Assembly (NCBI GenBank): GCA_016185625.1
Contig: JACPND010000019.1
Location: 1-62,864 of the forward strand
Length of the DNA stretch: 62,864 nucleotides
Source of the DNA: Candidatus Woesearchaeota archaeon
GTDB lineage: Archaea; Nanobdellota; Nanobdellia; Woesearchaeales; GW2011-AR9
Reading direction: 5' to 3'
Shown here: positions 53,995 through 62,817 of the stretch, one piece after another
Position numbering within the stretch: position 1 is the stretch's first letter
How the letters are laid out: every line of letters starts with the position of its first letter
The notes under the pieces: generated by a model
What the model was told of the DNA's origin: nothing
Seen by the model: the letters and a program-made list of their open reading frames with translations, nothing else
Database searches by the model: none
Program-made: the position numbers and the translations under genes

Positions 53995-54149
53995 TTAAGT
54001 CGTGTTCCGCAGCGCCACCCGACTCGCCCCGCTCTGAAAGTTTTTGTAGCCGACAATTCGACTTTCCATTTGAAGAGCGGGTAACTCAACTTCGTGCAAG
54101 CAATCGCTCAGCTCGTCAGGTACAATTGGCTGCGCCGAACACGACTTAA
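53995..54149. repeat. long hairpin element sharing its core with 4137..4296
   Basis: Shared blocks CTCGCCCCGCTC and GAAGAGCRGGTAACTYAACTTCGTRCAAGCAA. The outer stems differ in sequence but still pair. Termini TTAAGTCG / CGACTTAA. Confidence 0.55.
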
Positions 54150-54151
54150 CT

Positions 54152-54195
54152 TATAGTAAGTGACCTAAATTTTTATACAAATGTCACTTACTATA
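54152..54195. repeat. 44-nt palindromic element
   Basis: TATAGTAAGTGAC-18 nt-GTCACTTACTATA. Confidence 0.5.
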
Positions 54196-54292
54196 GAAGG
54201 GTTTGAATAACCTATCTTAATAGTTCAAACCCTTCTAAGTAGGATACCAACAGACAGAAATGATTGATGAGATAGTTCTGTCTGTTGTATCC

Positions 54293-54367
54293 AATTTTGT
54301 ATATCTTGGGCTAGGCACAAGACTTGAAATCCGTAGATTTCATTGATTATTTATGTCCTTCGCTATA
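54293..54367. repeat. 75-nt partial copy (one arm) of the element at 62724..62817, inverted orientation
   Basis: Exact reverse complement of 62724-62798. Confidence 0.85.
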
Positions 54368-54432
54368 ACACATATCAGAAGCAGAAATCTTTATAAAGAT
54401 TTGTGACACTCTCCCTTCAAGAGGTCTGTGTT

Positions 54433-55554
54433 ATGTTGCATCCTTTCTGGTGGCGTTTTTTCCCGGACTCGAGATTGCGGCAGATTTACTTCTCCACCGC
54501 TCTCCGCTCTTTTGCTGTCTCCCTGATAGGATTGTTCATCCCTTTATATCTGCATCATGAACTCGGATATTCGCTGAGCCAAACGTTGTATTTCTATCTC
54601 TTTTATTCCCTCATCTTCGCCATCGCCACGCCACTGGCCGCCGCGTTTGCCGCACGCTTTGGTATCAAGCATACGATTCTCGGGAGTACTCCTTTCTATA
54701 TCTTATTCGTCGGTCTGCTTTTCCTCTTAGCCACGGTCAGAATACCGCTGATGCTTATCGCTTTCGTGGCTGGCGTTTCAATGGCATCTTATTGGATAGG
54801 CATGCATCTGCTGTTCTATCAATGCAGCAACTGCACCCAGCGCGGAGAGGAGGTGGGGAAACGGGACGCCGTCCAGGTATTGGCGGCTCTTGCGGCGCCG
54901 TTTATCGGTGGAACATTGATTGTGCTCATCGGCTTCCCCATTGTTTTTCTGCTGGTGACCCTGCTCCTGCTGGGATCTGGATTGATTTTACTCTTGACGA
55001 AAGAGAATCACATCCGCTATCGCTTTTCGCTTCGCACTCTCTGGAGCCAGCATGAATGGCGTAATTCTTTGTTTTTCATTTCTCGGGGAACCAGAATAAT
55101 GGCCGATGGCGTAATCTGGCCGCTGTTCCTTTTCTCTATTGTCGGCAGCTATTTTACCCTCGGCGTGGTCGGTTCGCTCCTCTCTGGGCTCAGTGCCATA
55201 CTTCTGCTTGTGGTTGGAAAATATAGTGACAGACACGATAAAACGGCTCTCGTGCGGCGAGTCACCTGGCTGGAAAGTTTGTCGTGGATTGGCCGGGCGC
55301 TGGTAGCTTCTGTCACAGAGATATTTGCCATATCGGCGATGGCGGCCGTGGCGCATGGCCTTCAGGAATCTCCCCTTGCGGCTCTGGAGTACGATAAAGC
55401 GCGGCGACAGGACGCCGTGGCGTATTTTGTCCAGAAAGAGATTTTCATCTGTCTAGGACGCATGCTGATGCTTATCTTTGTGCTCATGGCCAACAGCCTT
55501 TCAGGCGGGCTGTTATTTCAGGCAGCGATGAGTCTGGGAGCGTTGCTGTTCTAG
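54433..55554 (+). CDS. MFS-type transporter
   Basis: About 12 hydrophobic segments. ATG 54433 lies downstream of TATA TCTTTATAAAG; the track start is GTG 54403. Confidence 0.6.
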   Translation: MLHPFWWRFFPDSRLRQIYFSTALRSFAVSLIGLFIPLYLHHELGYSLSQTLYFYLFYSLIFAIATPLAAAFAARFGIKHTILGSTPFYILFVGLLFLLATVRIPLMLIAFVAGVSMASYWIGMHLLFYQCSNCTQRGEEVGKRDAVQVLAALAAPFIGGTLIVLIGFPIVFLLVTLLLLGSGLILLLTKENHIRYRFSLRTLWSQHEWRNSLFFISRGTRIMADGVIWPLFLFSIVGSYFTLGVVGSLLSGLSAILLLVVGKYSDRHDKTALVRRVTWLESLSWIGRALVASVTEIFAISAMAAVAHGLQESPLAALEYDKARRQDAVAYFVQKEIFICLGRMLMLIFVLMANSLSGGLLFQAAMSLGALLF

Positions 55555-55562
55555 GATATACA

Positions 55563-56195
55563 ATGGATACGGAAACGGAATTCTTGACTGGCATGATGGA
55601 ACTGCATTTTGGCGGGAAGGTTAAGGGCCAGTTACAAAAAATCGCAAAAAAAGTGGCTTGGGCGAAAGGCTGGCCGATAAGAAAAGAAGCTTTCTGGAAT
55701 GCTGAAGCCTTCATGTGGCGGCACAAGATTGATAAGAAAGTCCGTCAGGCGATAGAGAAAGAATTTTCTTTTTTACGTGCTGGATACAATCTGGATCTGG
55801 GCTGCGGAGCATACAGTTACGTTCCATCTGTGGGATTTGATGTTTCGGAAAAAATGCTGTTATTTAATGAGCAGTGTTATGAGAAAGTACAGGGAGATAT
55901 AGAGAAGAAATTGCCTTTTCGGGATGGTGAGTTTGATTCAGTGACCGCAGTTTTTATCTTGAATTATGTGCAGAATGTGCGGGAACTGTTAGGTGAAATA
56001 AAACGGATTTTGAAGCCGCAGGGAGTTTTGATGGCAGTGTTGTCCAGTTGCGGGATCAACGGCTGGCAGAAACAGAAGGAAGTGCATGAGTTCTCCAAAA
56101 GAGAATGGAAAAAAGTACTTTTGGATGCTGGTTTCGTCGTCAGGAGTCATGAGAAAGAAAAACTCTGGTTTTTTAGGTGTGAAAAAGAGCAGTAA
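55563..56195 (+). CDS. class I SAM-dependent methyltransferase
   Basis: LDLGCGAY (motif I), FDSVTAVFILNYV, LKPQGVLM. Confidence 0.75.
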   Translation: MDTETEFLTGMMELHFGGKVKGQLQKIAKKVAWAKGWPIRKEAFWNAEAFMWRHKIDKKVRQAIEKEFSFLRAGYNLDLGCGAYSYVPSVGFDVSEKMLLFNEQCYEKVQGDIEKKLPFRDGEFDSVTAVFILNYVQNVRELLGEIKRILKPQGVLMAVLSSCGINGWQKQKEVHEFSKREWKKVLLDAGFVVRSHEKEKLWFFRCEKEQ

Positions 56196-56241
56196 AGCTT
56201 ATTAACAATAACAGTATTTTTACTTTAAAGCAGGTGATGGC

Positions 56242-57735
56242 ATGGCCAGTTCGGAACTTTTAGTCAAATATGGATTCATTAAAGATTCGCAGAGAGAGAA
56301 TTATGCTTATAATGCTGAAACGAAAGAGTATGGGCCAGCAGAAGGCTATACTTTGAGTAAGGATGATGCTCATGAAGAAGTTATTGAAGTTGCGTTTGAT
56401 CTTCATGATAAAACCGGCTTTCCCAAACCGTTGAAACGCTATAACCTCTCCTGGGAAGTGTTTGATCTCAGTCTAGAGGAACCCTATTTTTGGGTTTTAG
56501 ATGTCTTAAAGCAGTTTTATCCACGGATAGATAAAGTGGAAGATTCCTTTGCTGCTGCAGAAAACAGCGCTTTTTTTGGCGTAACACAACAAAGGTTGGG
56601 CGCACAGCAGGACAAAGTCGGGCAATATCTGGCTCAGACGGGAAAAATGATCAAGGAGTTATTTCAGATGGTGCGGGAGATCCGTATCATAGAAGAACGT
56701 CTGGGGTATTATGAAGAAGTAGAAAATGAAGTGCAGAAACCATTGAATGAACGGAAGAAAGGCGCGGAAATTACGCTGAAAGGATTTTTTGTGGATCTGG
56801 TGCAGGGTGGCGGCAAGAGTCCAGCATCCGTCTATGGCATGTCGCGGGAATTAGAGTTTATCACGCTGCCTGATTTGTTTTTCGACGCACCGCCGTTCAA
56901 GAATACGGATGAACTGGAGGGATATACTGAAAAACTAAAAGAGAATTTCAACCAGAATGTGCTGCGGGTGCTCGCCAGGCATCTGCGGCAGTATTGGGAA
57001 TGGAGAGTGCGCACGCACAAGGAGCATAAAGACCGGAAGACATTCATGCTTCAGTATCTGGTGCAGCATTATGAGATTATCCGGATGTATATCGAATGGC
57101 TCAAGCCGTATCTGAAACATACCCAACGGCTGACGTTAAAAGAAGGACATATGGCCTCTCCCGATATGGTATCGGCGTTTGAAGGCAGCCGCTTAGATGT
57201 GGAACTGATGGCCATCCGGCGGGATGAGAAAAGAAAGGGGACTAATGGCATTATCTTGGCCACGTTCAATTACCGCACTCGTCCGGAACTGAAAGTGGTG
57301 CAGGAAGGATACCAGCGCGGGCCGGTGCACATCGGTAAATTTGAGATGTTCCTGCGGGCGTATATATGGACAGATCAGGAGGTAGAATCATATAAGAAGA
57401 TGAAAGAACAGGAAGGGTTTGATCTGATGGGTGATGTTTCTGAGTCGGTCAAGCAGGCGATGGAATCGCTGGGCGATGAGTTAAAGAGATACGTGAATCT
57501 TGCGAAAGGCATTGAAGAAAAGAAGAAACAGGAAGCGGCGCCCGGGAAGAAGACCTTAACAGAACGCTGGTTCGGTGACTTTTTGCCGGAGAAGAGACAG
57601 AAAGAGGAGAAAAAAGAAGAAAAGCCGCTTCATTTGACGGATCAACAGCGGGAAGCTGCCGCTTTCGGTGTGCGGCTGGGTGCCTGGAATACTTTTCAAA
57701 ACTTCAAGAAGGCACATAAGCTGATAGCGTGGTAG
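56242..57735 (+). CDS. hypothetical protein, 497 aa
   Basis: Long ORF with a K/E-rich C-terminal third. No motif recognised. Confidence 0.5.
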   Translation: MASSELLVKYGFIKDSQRENYAYNAETKEYGPAEGYTLSKDDAHEEVIEVAFDLHDKTGFPKPLKRYNLSWEVFDLSLEEPYFWVLDVLKQFYPRIDKVEDSFAAAENSAFFGVTQQRLGAQQDKVGQYLAQTGKMIKELFQMVREIRIIEERLGYYEEVENEVQKPLNERKKGAEITLKGFFVDLVQGGGKSPASVYGMSRELEFITLPDLFFDAPPFKNTDELEGYTEKLKENFNQNVLRVLARHLRQYWEWRVRTHKEHKDRKTFMLQYLVQHYEIIRMYIEWLKPYLKHTQRLTLKEGHMASPDMVSAFEGSRLDVELMAIRRDEKRKGTNGIILATFNYRTRPELKVVQEGYQRGPVHIGKFEMFLRAYIWTDQEVESYKKMKEQEGFDLMGDVSESVKQAMESLGDELKRYVNLAKGIEEKKKQEAAPGKKTLTERWFGDFLPEKRQKEEKKEEKPLHLTDQQREAAAFGVRLGAWNTFQNFKKAHKLIAW

Positions 57736-57844
57736 AAAGACAACTGCGCGGTAGAATTGGTATGTGAAAGAGATATATGGAAGGGTTATTCTTTCGTTTT
57801 CCAAGTTCTCTATAGTGCCTTAGCCTAAAATAGGAAGGAACATT

Positions 57845-57852
57845 TTTATAAT
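57845..57852 (+). promoter_or_regulatory. TATA box (CATTTTTATAAT) 30 nt before ATG 57875
   Basis: Consensus-like sequence and spacing. Confidence 0.5.
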
Positions 57853-57874
57853 CCTTTCTCCTTCGGTTCTCTCA

Positions 57875-58567
57875 ATGCCCAACGAAGACCTAAAGAAACT
57901 TCCGCCGGAAGAGCGCATCAAGCGGCTGAAGAAACTGGAAGAGGAACGTAAGAAAGAGATCGATGACGCCCGCAAGCAGATTCAGGAAAGCGAGCAGGAG
58001 CTCACGGAACGGCAGAAAGTGAAGGACAAAGTGCCGATTCCGCAGGTGGCGAGGGAGAATCTGGAAGGCCTGACGCGGGAAGAACGGGAGATTCTGAAAG
58101 TACATAAAGGCTTGAAGGAAAAAAGAGGAGAAGACAGAGAGGGAAGAGAAGGAGAAGGTGGAAAAGAAACGGGAAAAACCTTCCAGCGAGGAGAAGAAAC
58201 CACCAGTCTGGAAGAAGCAGTAGCGAAAGGCAGGATGGAATTGCCGCCCCAGCTGCTGCAGTCGCAGTATGCCATCCAATTAAGCAAATCGCCCATCCAG
58301 GCTTTGTATCAGGAAATGCGAGAGATCAGGGAAACCGCGGTCGATAAGGGGTATTTAAATGCGGAAGAGCAGCGGAAAGTGACGTACCTGAGTTCTGCGG
58401 TAGAACGAAAACTGGAAGATGTGGAAGCTGGGCGATATTCGCTGACAGAGGAGGTAGCGAGGACAGCTCTCTTGACAGCTCAGATTGGTTCTGACCTGCG
58501 AAGTATGTATAAGGGAAGAGAAGGCAAAGACCGAAAAAATGAATGGTACACCGGCACGACTGGCTAG
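57875..58567 (+). CDS. hypothetical charged coiled-coil protein
   Basis: 230 aa, E/K/R-rich heptad-like sequence. Confidence 0.45.
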   Translation: MPNEDLKKLPPEERIKRLKKLEEERKKEIDDARKQIQESEQELTERQKVKDKVPIPQVARENLEGLTREEREILKVHKGLKEKRGEDREGREGEGGKETGKTFQRGEETTSLEEAVAKGRMELPPQLLQSQYAIQLSKSPIQALYQEMREIRETAVDKGYLNAEEQRKVTYLSSAVERKLEDVEAGRYSLTEEVARTALLTAQIGSDLRSMYKGREGKDRKNEWYTGTTG

Positions 58568-59127
58568 TCGCCAAAGTATCGTGCGCCATCCTTTCTGCGG
58601 GCCTGTTTCTCTGCAACTAAGGCATAATCATGAGCATTATCATAATCCGTGCCTTTTTTCATCAGCTTTCTCTCGTGCAGTTCGTGGATGAGCGTGTAAC
58701 GGTATTCTTTTTTTCCCATCACTGCGTCAATCCAAATCTGGTTCTTGGGGATGTAAGGATAGACATAGCCATGGCCGCCGAGAATGAACTCGGGGTCAAG
58801 ATATTTACGGATGATTTCGCCGCGGACATACACCACTTTGATGCCGTTCGATACATTGGTTCTTATTTTGAATAGCGGAATTCTTCGGACTTTCTGGATC
58901 ATGCGGTTGCAGATGTAGGTTCGCTGTCTGAAGTAGGATAGTCCTCCGGGCATCTTCTGGTAGAGGCGATGGATTTTCATCATGAATTCCAGCTCTTTTC
59001 TGTAATTTTTATCAAACCAGAGCTCTCCCTTGGGGACGAAAGGGCTGTATTCGTGGCAGGCGGTGACCGCAAAATCAGGCGTGATGGTATTGCGGATTTT
59101 ATGTCCGTCGACAAAGCGAATTCTCAT
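58564..59127 (-). CDS. hypothetical protein with HExxH motif (possible zincin-like metallopeptidase)
   Basis: TLIHELHERKLM. 187 aa. Convergent 4-nt overlap with the upstream gene. Confidence 0.4.
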   Translation of the reverse strand: MRIRFVDGHKIRNTITPDFAVTACHEYSPFVPKGELWFDKNYRKELEFMMKIHRLYQKMPGGLSYFRQRTYICNRMIQKVRRIPLFKIRTNVSNGIKVVYVRGEIIRKYLDPEFILGGHGYVYPYIPKNQIWIDAVMGKKEYRYTLIHELHERKLMKKGTDYDNAHDYALVAEKQARRKDGARYFGD

Positions 59128-59180
59128 AAGTGAAGAATATTGTGGAAGTATAAAATATTTTCTACAGAGCCTGCAAAAAG

Positions 59181-59413
59181 GGCACTATCCGTTTGGTGAG
59201 TGATGGCTTGGCCAGTAAGTGTCTGACCAAGAGAACGATCTGCTCAAGTTAAGGTCCGAAAACAATCTAAAGCCTATGAATTATGCATCCAGAGAAAAGT
59301 CTAGTCTTCGGTTGGTCAGACGGCCAGCCATCACCCGCTCACGAGATGAGGCAACGACCTCATCTGTGCACCAGTGAAGTATAGTTTCTTCACTTTGTGT
59401 TTTGGATAGTGCC
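59181..59413. mobile_element. MITE (GGCC-bulge hairpin family) with 8-bp target-site duplication
   Basis: GCAAAAAG at 59173-59180 and 59414-59421. Termini GGCACTATCC / GGATAGTGCC. Core GATGGCT-T-GGCC...GGCC-AGCCATC. Confidence 0.75.
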
Positions 59414-59428
59414 GCAAAAAGGGTGCCG

Positions 59429-59579
59429 TTGAAAAGTTCTGCCGCCGCTCGCCAAGTCGCTTTCTTGCGAACATCTTTCGCTGCTCTGTGCTATTGCCCG
59501 ATAGGAAGAAAGCAACCAATAATCATCTGTAACTTACTGCTGTTCTTGGCTCGCACTATCTGGCGGCAGAACTTTTCAA
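59429..59579. repeat. 151-nt hairpin element with 18-bp perfect terminal inverted repeat
   Basis: TTGAAAAGTTCTGCCGCC ... GGCGGCAGAACTTTTCAA. Its left 75 nt recur at 62459-62535. Confidence 0.6.
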
Positions 59580-59629
59580 TATGGCCGCAAAAAGAAAAAA
59601 TATTTAAGGGAGAACATTTTCCTTTTGCC

Positions 59630-61192
59630 ATGAAAAGGGGAGGTAAGAAAGGTTCGGTGAGCATGCTGCCCGTGGCGCTGCTGCAAGAAACCGCCCCTGA
59701 ATCGCCGGAGTCCATTTCTACGACGGGAGATCTGGCAGAAACCCAATTTGTCCTGGTTGCTGCACCGCCAGAGCAGTTTCAGACTGCCTATGGCACACTC
59801 CAGCCTACCGAAATACAGGTGAATACTGCGGTGGCGAAACAAGGGATTGAAATCAATATGGCGCAGGGCGAATTACAGAAATCCTTTGCGGTGAGTTTCC
59901 CTTCGGAGATCTGGAATGCGCTGCCGAAACGCGTGAAACCATTCTTTCGCGACCATCTGGCGTATTTATCGACCATCGAACTGGCGATGACCGCCAACCT
60001 GAGGAAAATTTCTTACAATACTCCGCTTCCCTTGTTCAAGCCCTATTTCACCGAATTGATGCTGCGCTGTGCGCTCTCCAGCGGTGATGCTGATGACCGC
60101 ACAACTGAGTATGTGCAGCGTCTCTGTAATGTAAGATGCTCGTTTTCGCCGGGAGCATCCGGCGGCCAGCTGATTTGGAGTGCAGAAGAGCGAAGCGTGA
60201 ACACGATTACCTTTGGAAAGGAGAGTTTGGTGAGCTTGGGGCTGGCGTGGGAATTGGGACTCGATCCGGTGCTGATGACTTCAGTTGAATCTGACTGGAA
60301 CTTTTATGATGGAAAAAAATTCCTGCGTACTTATGAGAATAAGCACAAATTGAGATTAGTGGATAAGTTTGAAAAGGAGTTTAGCAAGAAGGTTTATACT
60401 GTCCAGAATGGATTTGAGAACCTGCGCTTCTTCAAGCATTGGAATCTGGAAAATACTGATCTCGGATGGAGCAGCCAGTTAACCGAATATATGTTCTTCA
60501 TGCTGCCTTTTGCCTATTATCACCGCTGCAAGTATATGCTTTATGGCCATGAGCAGAGCTGTGACAGCTCCTATTATAATAAAGAAGGATTTAAGTGCAA
60601 TCCAGTGTACGACCAATCCTCAGAATGGATCCAACACCAAAATGCGATGCTGCAAAATTTGACTGCCGGCTCGATGCAAGCCGTGTCATTAGTCCAGCCA
60701 ATCCATGAAATCGCGATTTGCAGGATTTTATATCAGCGTTATCCTTATCTGGCAAAGTACCAGATGAGTTGTCATGCCGATAATGAGGGATCAGTGGAGA
60801 CGCGCTGGTGCCAGCAGTGTTCAAAGTGCGCCCGGATTTTTGTATTCATGAAAGCGCTGGGCTTTGATCCCGCCAGTGTGGGATTTACCAAAGACATGTT
60901 CCGGAAGGAGAACAAAAAACATTTTCCCTTGTTTGATGTGAGCAAGGAGATGCGTGGATTCGATTCCTGTGGATTGAGCCGGAACGAGCAGATGTTTGCC
61001 TTCTTTCTGGTTGCGGAGAGAGGCGTGCAGGGTGAATTAGTGGATTTGTTCAAAAAGAAGTATTACGATGAAGCCAGGAAAAGGGAAGCAGAGTTTCGGG
61101 CGGAGTTTTTTAGCGTGCATGAGCCGAAGAATATTCCGGAGCATCTTTGGGAGAAGCTAAAGCCGATTCTGGAGAAAGAATTAGAAGAGTGA
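59630..61192 (+). CDS. putative PP-loop (adenine nucleotide alpha-hydrolase) superfamily protein with C-terminal CxxCxxC
   Basis: TFGKESLVSLG resembles the SGGKDS PP-loop. WCQQCSKCARIF cysteine cluster. ATG 59630 lies about 30 nt from AATATTTAAGG; the upstream part of the track ORF (TTG start) lies on repeats. Confidence 0.4.
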   Translation: MKRGGKKGSVSMLPVALLQETAPESPESISTTGDLAETQFVLVAAPPEQFQTAYGTLQPTEIQVNTAVAKQGIEINMAQGELQKSFAVSFPSEIWNALPKRVKPFFRDHLAYLSTIELAMTANLRKISYNTPLPLFKPYFTELMLRCALSSGDADDRTTEYVQRLCNVRCSFSPGASGGQLIWSAEERSVNTITFGKESLVSLGLAWELGLDPVLMTSVESDWNFYDGKKFLRTYENKHKLRLVDKFEKEFSKKVYTVQNGFENLRFFKHWNLENTDLGWSSQLTEYMFFMLPFAYYHRCKYMLYGHEQSCDSSYYNKEGFKCNPVYDQSSEWIQHQNAMLQNLTAGSMQAVSLVQPIHEIAICRILYQRYPYLAKYQMSCHADNEGSVETRWCQQCSKCARIFVFMKALGFDPASVGFTKDMFRKENKKHFPLFDVSKEMRGFDSCGLSRNEQMFAFFLVAERGVQGELVDLFKKKYYDEARKREAEFRAEFFSVHEPKNIPEHLWEKLKPILEKELEE

Positions 61193-61210
61193 TTTGCGCT
61201 TACGGATGTC

Positions 61211-62200
61211 TCAGAGAGCCCCTATTTGTGGTGTGGTCATGATCCCTTTTTCAGTGATGTATGCCGTTACCAGATCCGCAGGAGTGACATCAAATGCCGG
61301 ATTGTACACGCCGGTTCCTGATGTGTAAATGGGTGTTCCACGAATCTCTAAAACTTCTTTTGAAGGCCTTTCTTCTATGGGGATCTGGCTGCCATCGGAT
61401 AGACTGAAATCGAATGTTGTCAAGGGAGCGGCGACGTAAAAAGGCAGGCCATGATGTTTTGCCAGCACGGCGACATCATAAGTACCGATCTTGTTGGCGA
61501 AGTCCCCATTCCCACAGATCCTATCTGCGCCGACAATGGCGAGATCTATTCTTTTTTTCTGCATTAACAGGGCTCTGGCATTGTCAACTATAACCTCATG
61601 AGGCACGCCATATTTCGATAACTCCCAGGAAGTCAGGGCACCTTGATTCCGGGGACGTGTTTCATCAACGTAGACAAAAATGTTTTTCCCCTGTTCATGG
61701 GCGATTCTTATTGCCGCAAAGGCAGTCCCATACTCTACTGTTGCCAGACTGCCGGTATGGCAATGGGTGAGTATTCTGGCGCCATCGGGTATCAATGTTG
61801 CTCCAAATTCCCCTATTCGTCTGCAGGCTGAAACAATCCCCTCAACTGCTTTTTCAGCTTCTTGTTCTAAATCAGAAATGGATCCATTCTTCTCTGTTAT
61901 AGCAGTGAGTGTCTGAAGTATATTAAATAGGTCTACCGCAGTAGGCCGGGTGGATCGTATTTCTGTTGCTGCCGTTTTTAATTGTTGTCGGTTGTTAGTG
62001 CATCCTATCGCTGCCTGGACATAGGCATATGCTCCGGCTGCTCCGATGGCCGGTGCTCCCCGCACAACCATGTCTTTGATTGCCTGACAGGTTGTTTGAT
62101 AGTCCTCACTGCAGAAGATAGCTTCTTCATGCGGCAATTTTGTCTGATCTACGAGAAAAACTCGTTTTCCCTCTCTTCTGACAGAGCGATGATTGTCCAT
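61211..62200 (-). CDS. mtnA: S-methyl-5-thioribose-1-phosphate isomerase / eIF-2B-like family
   Basis: LVDQTKLPHEE, MVVRGAPAIGAAGAYA, IVGADRICGNGDFANKIGTY. Confidence 0.85.
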   Translation of the reverse strand: MDNHRSVRREGKRVFLVDQTKLPHEEAIFCSEDYQTTCQAIKDMVVRGAPAIGAAGAYAYVQAAIGCTNNRQQLKTAATEIRSTRPTAVDLFNILQTLTAITEKNGSISDLEQEAEKAVEGIVSACRRIGEFGATLIPDGARILTHCHTGSLATVEYGTAFAAIRIAHEQGKNIFVYVDETRPRNQGALTSWELSKYGVPHEVIVDNARALLMQKKRIDLAIVGADRICGNGDFANKIGTYDVAVLAKHHGLPFYVAAPLTTFDFSLSDGSQIPIEERPSKEVLEIRGTPIYTSGTGVYNPAFDVTPADLVTAYITEKGIMTTPQIGAL

Positions 62201-62248
62201 GTGATTACGGTTTAAAAGGGGTGATGTTTATAAGATTTATGCGTAATT

Positions 62249-62450
62249 GGCACTATCCGTTTTGTGAGTGATGGCTAGGCCAATAAGTGTCTGACCAAGA
62301 GAACTATCTGCTCAAGTTAAGGTCCGAAAACTATGAATAATTACGTGAGTTGTGCAGCTTGGAAAAAATCTGGTTTTCGGTTGGTCAGGGAAAAAATCTG
62401 GTTTTCGGTTGGTCAGACGGCCAGCCATCACTCACTTTTGGGGTTGTGCC
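62249..62450. mobile_element. MITE (GGCC-bulge hairpin family) with 8-bp target-site duplication; contains a 2 x 28-nt internal tandem duplication
   Basis: GCGTAATT at 62241-62248 and 62451-62458. The left 85 nt are nearly identical to 59181-59265. Tandem units at 62361-62388 and 62389-62416. Confidence 0.7.
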
Positions 62451-62723
62451 GCGTAATTGGTGCCGTTGAAAAGTTCTGCCGCCGCTCGCCAAGTCGCTTT
62501 CTTGCGAACATCTTTCGTTGCTCTGTGCTATTGCCCCATTTAATATGCTTGTTTGAGGAAGAAGGGGTATTGGTTTTTTTTGTATTTTTTGAGCTCTCGC
62601 TCAAGTTCTTCAATCTTTTTATCTCTTTCAATAATGAGATCCATTAATTCCTCTTTACTCCTTTCTAAGAGATGAATCTGAAAAGCCATGAAAGAAGGAT
62701 AATGTCTCTATTTAGAAGTGTGC

Positions 62724-62817
62724 TATAGCGAAGGACATAAATAATCAATGAAATCTACGGATTTCAAGTCTTGTGCCTAGCCCAAGATATACAAAATTGT
62801 TATGTCCTTCGAATATA
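62724..62817. repeat. 94-nt MITE-like element of the TATAGCGAAGGACATAA family (complete copy)
   Basis: Arms TATAGCGAAGGACATAAATAAT / TTGTTATGTCCTTCGAATATA. Confidence 0.6.

Noticed and set aside
59402-59629. TTG-initiated 76-codon extension of the PP-loop ORF, and the related ORFs 59331..59519 (-), 62333..62647 (+) and 62428..62631 (-).
   Set aside because: All lie on repeated MITE or hairpin sequence present in two copies. A TATA box sits 30 nt before ATG 59630. The shared peptide similarity simply reflects the DNA repeat.
62361-62416. Possible CRISPR repeat (GGAAAAAATCTGGTTTTCGGTTGGTCAG twice).
   Set aside because: There are only two directly abutting copies with no spacer, inside a MITE. 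This is a tandem duplication.
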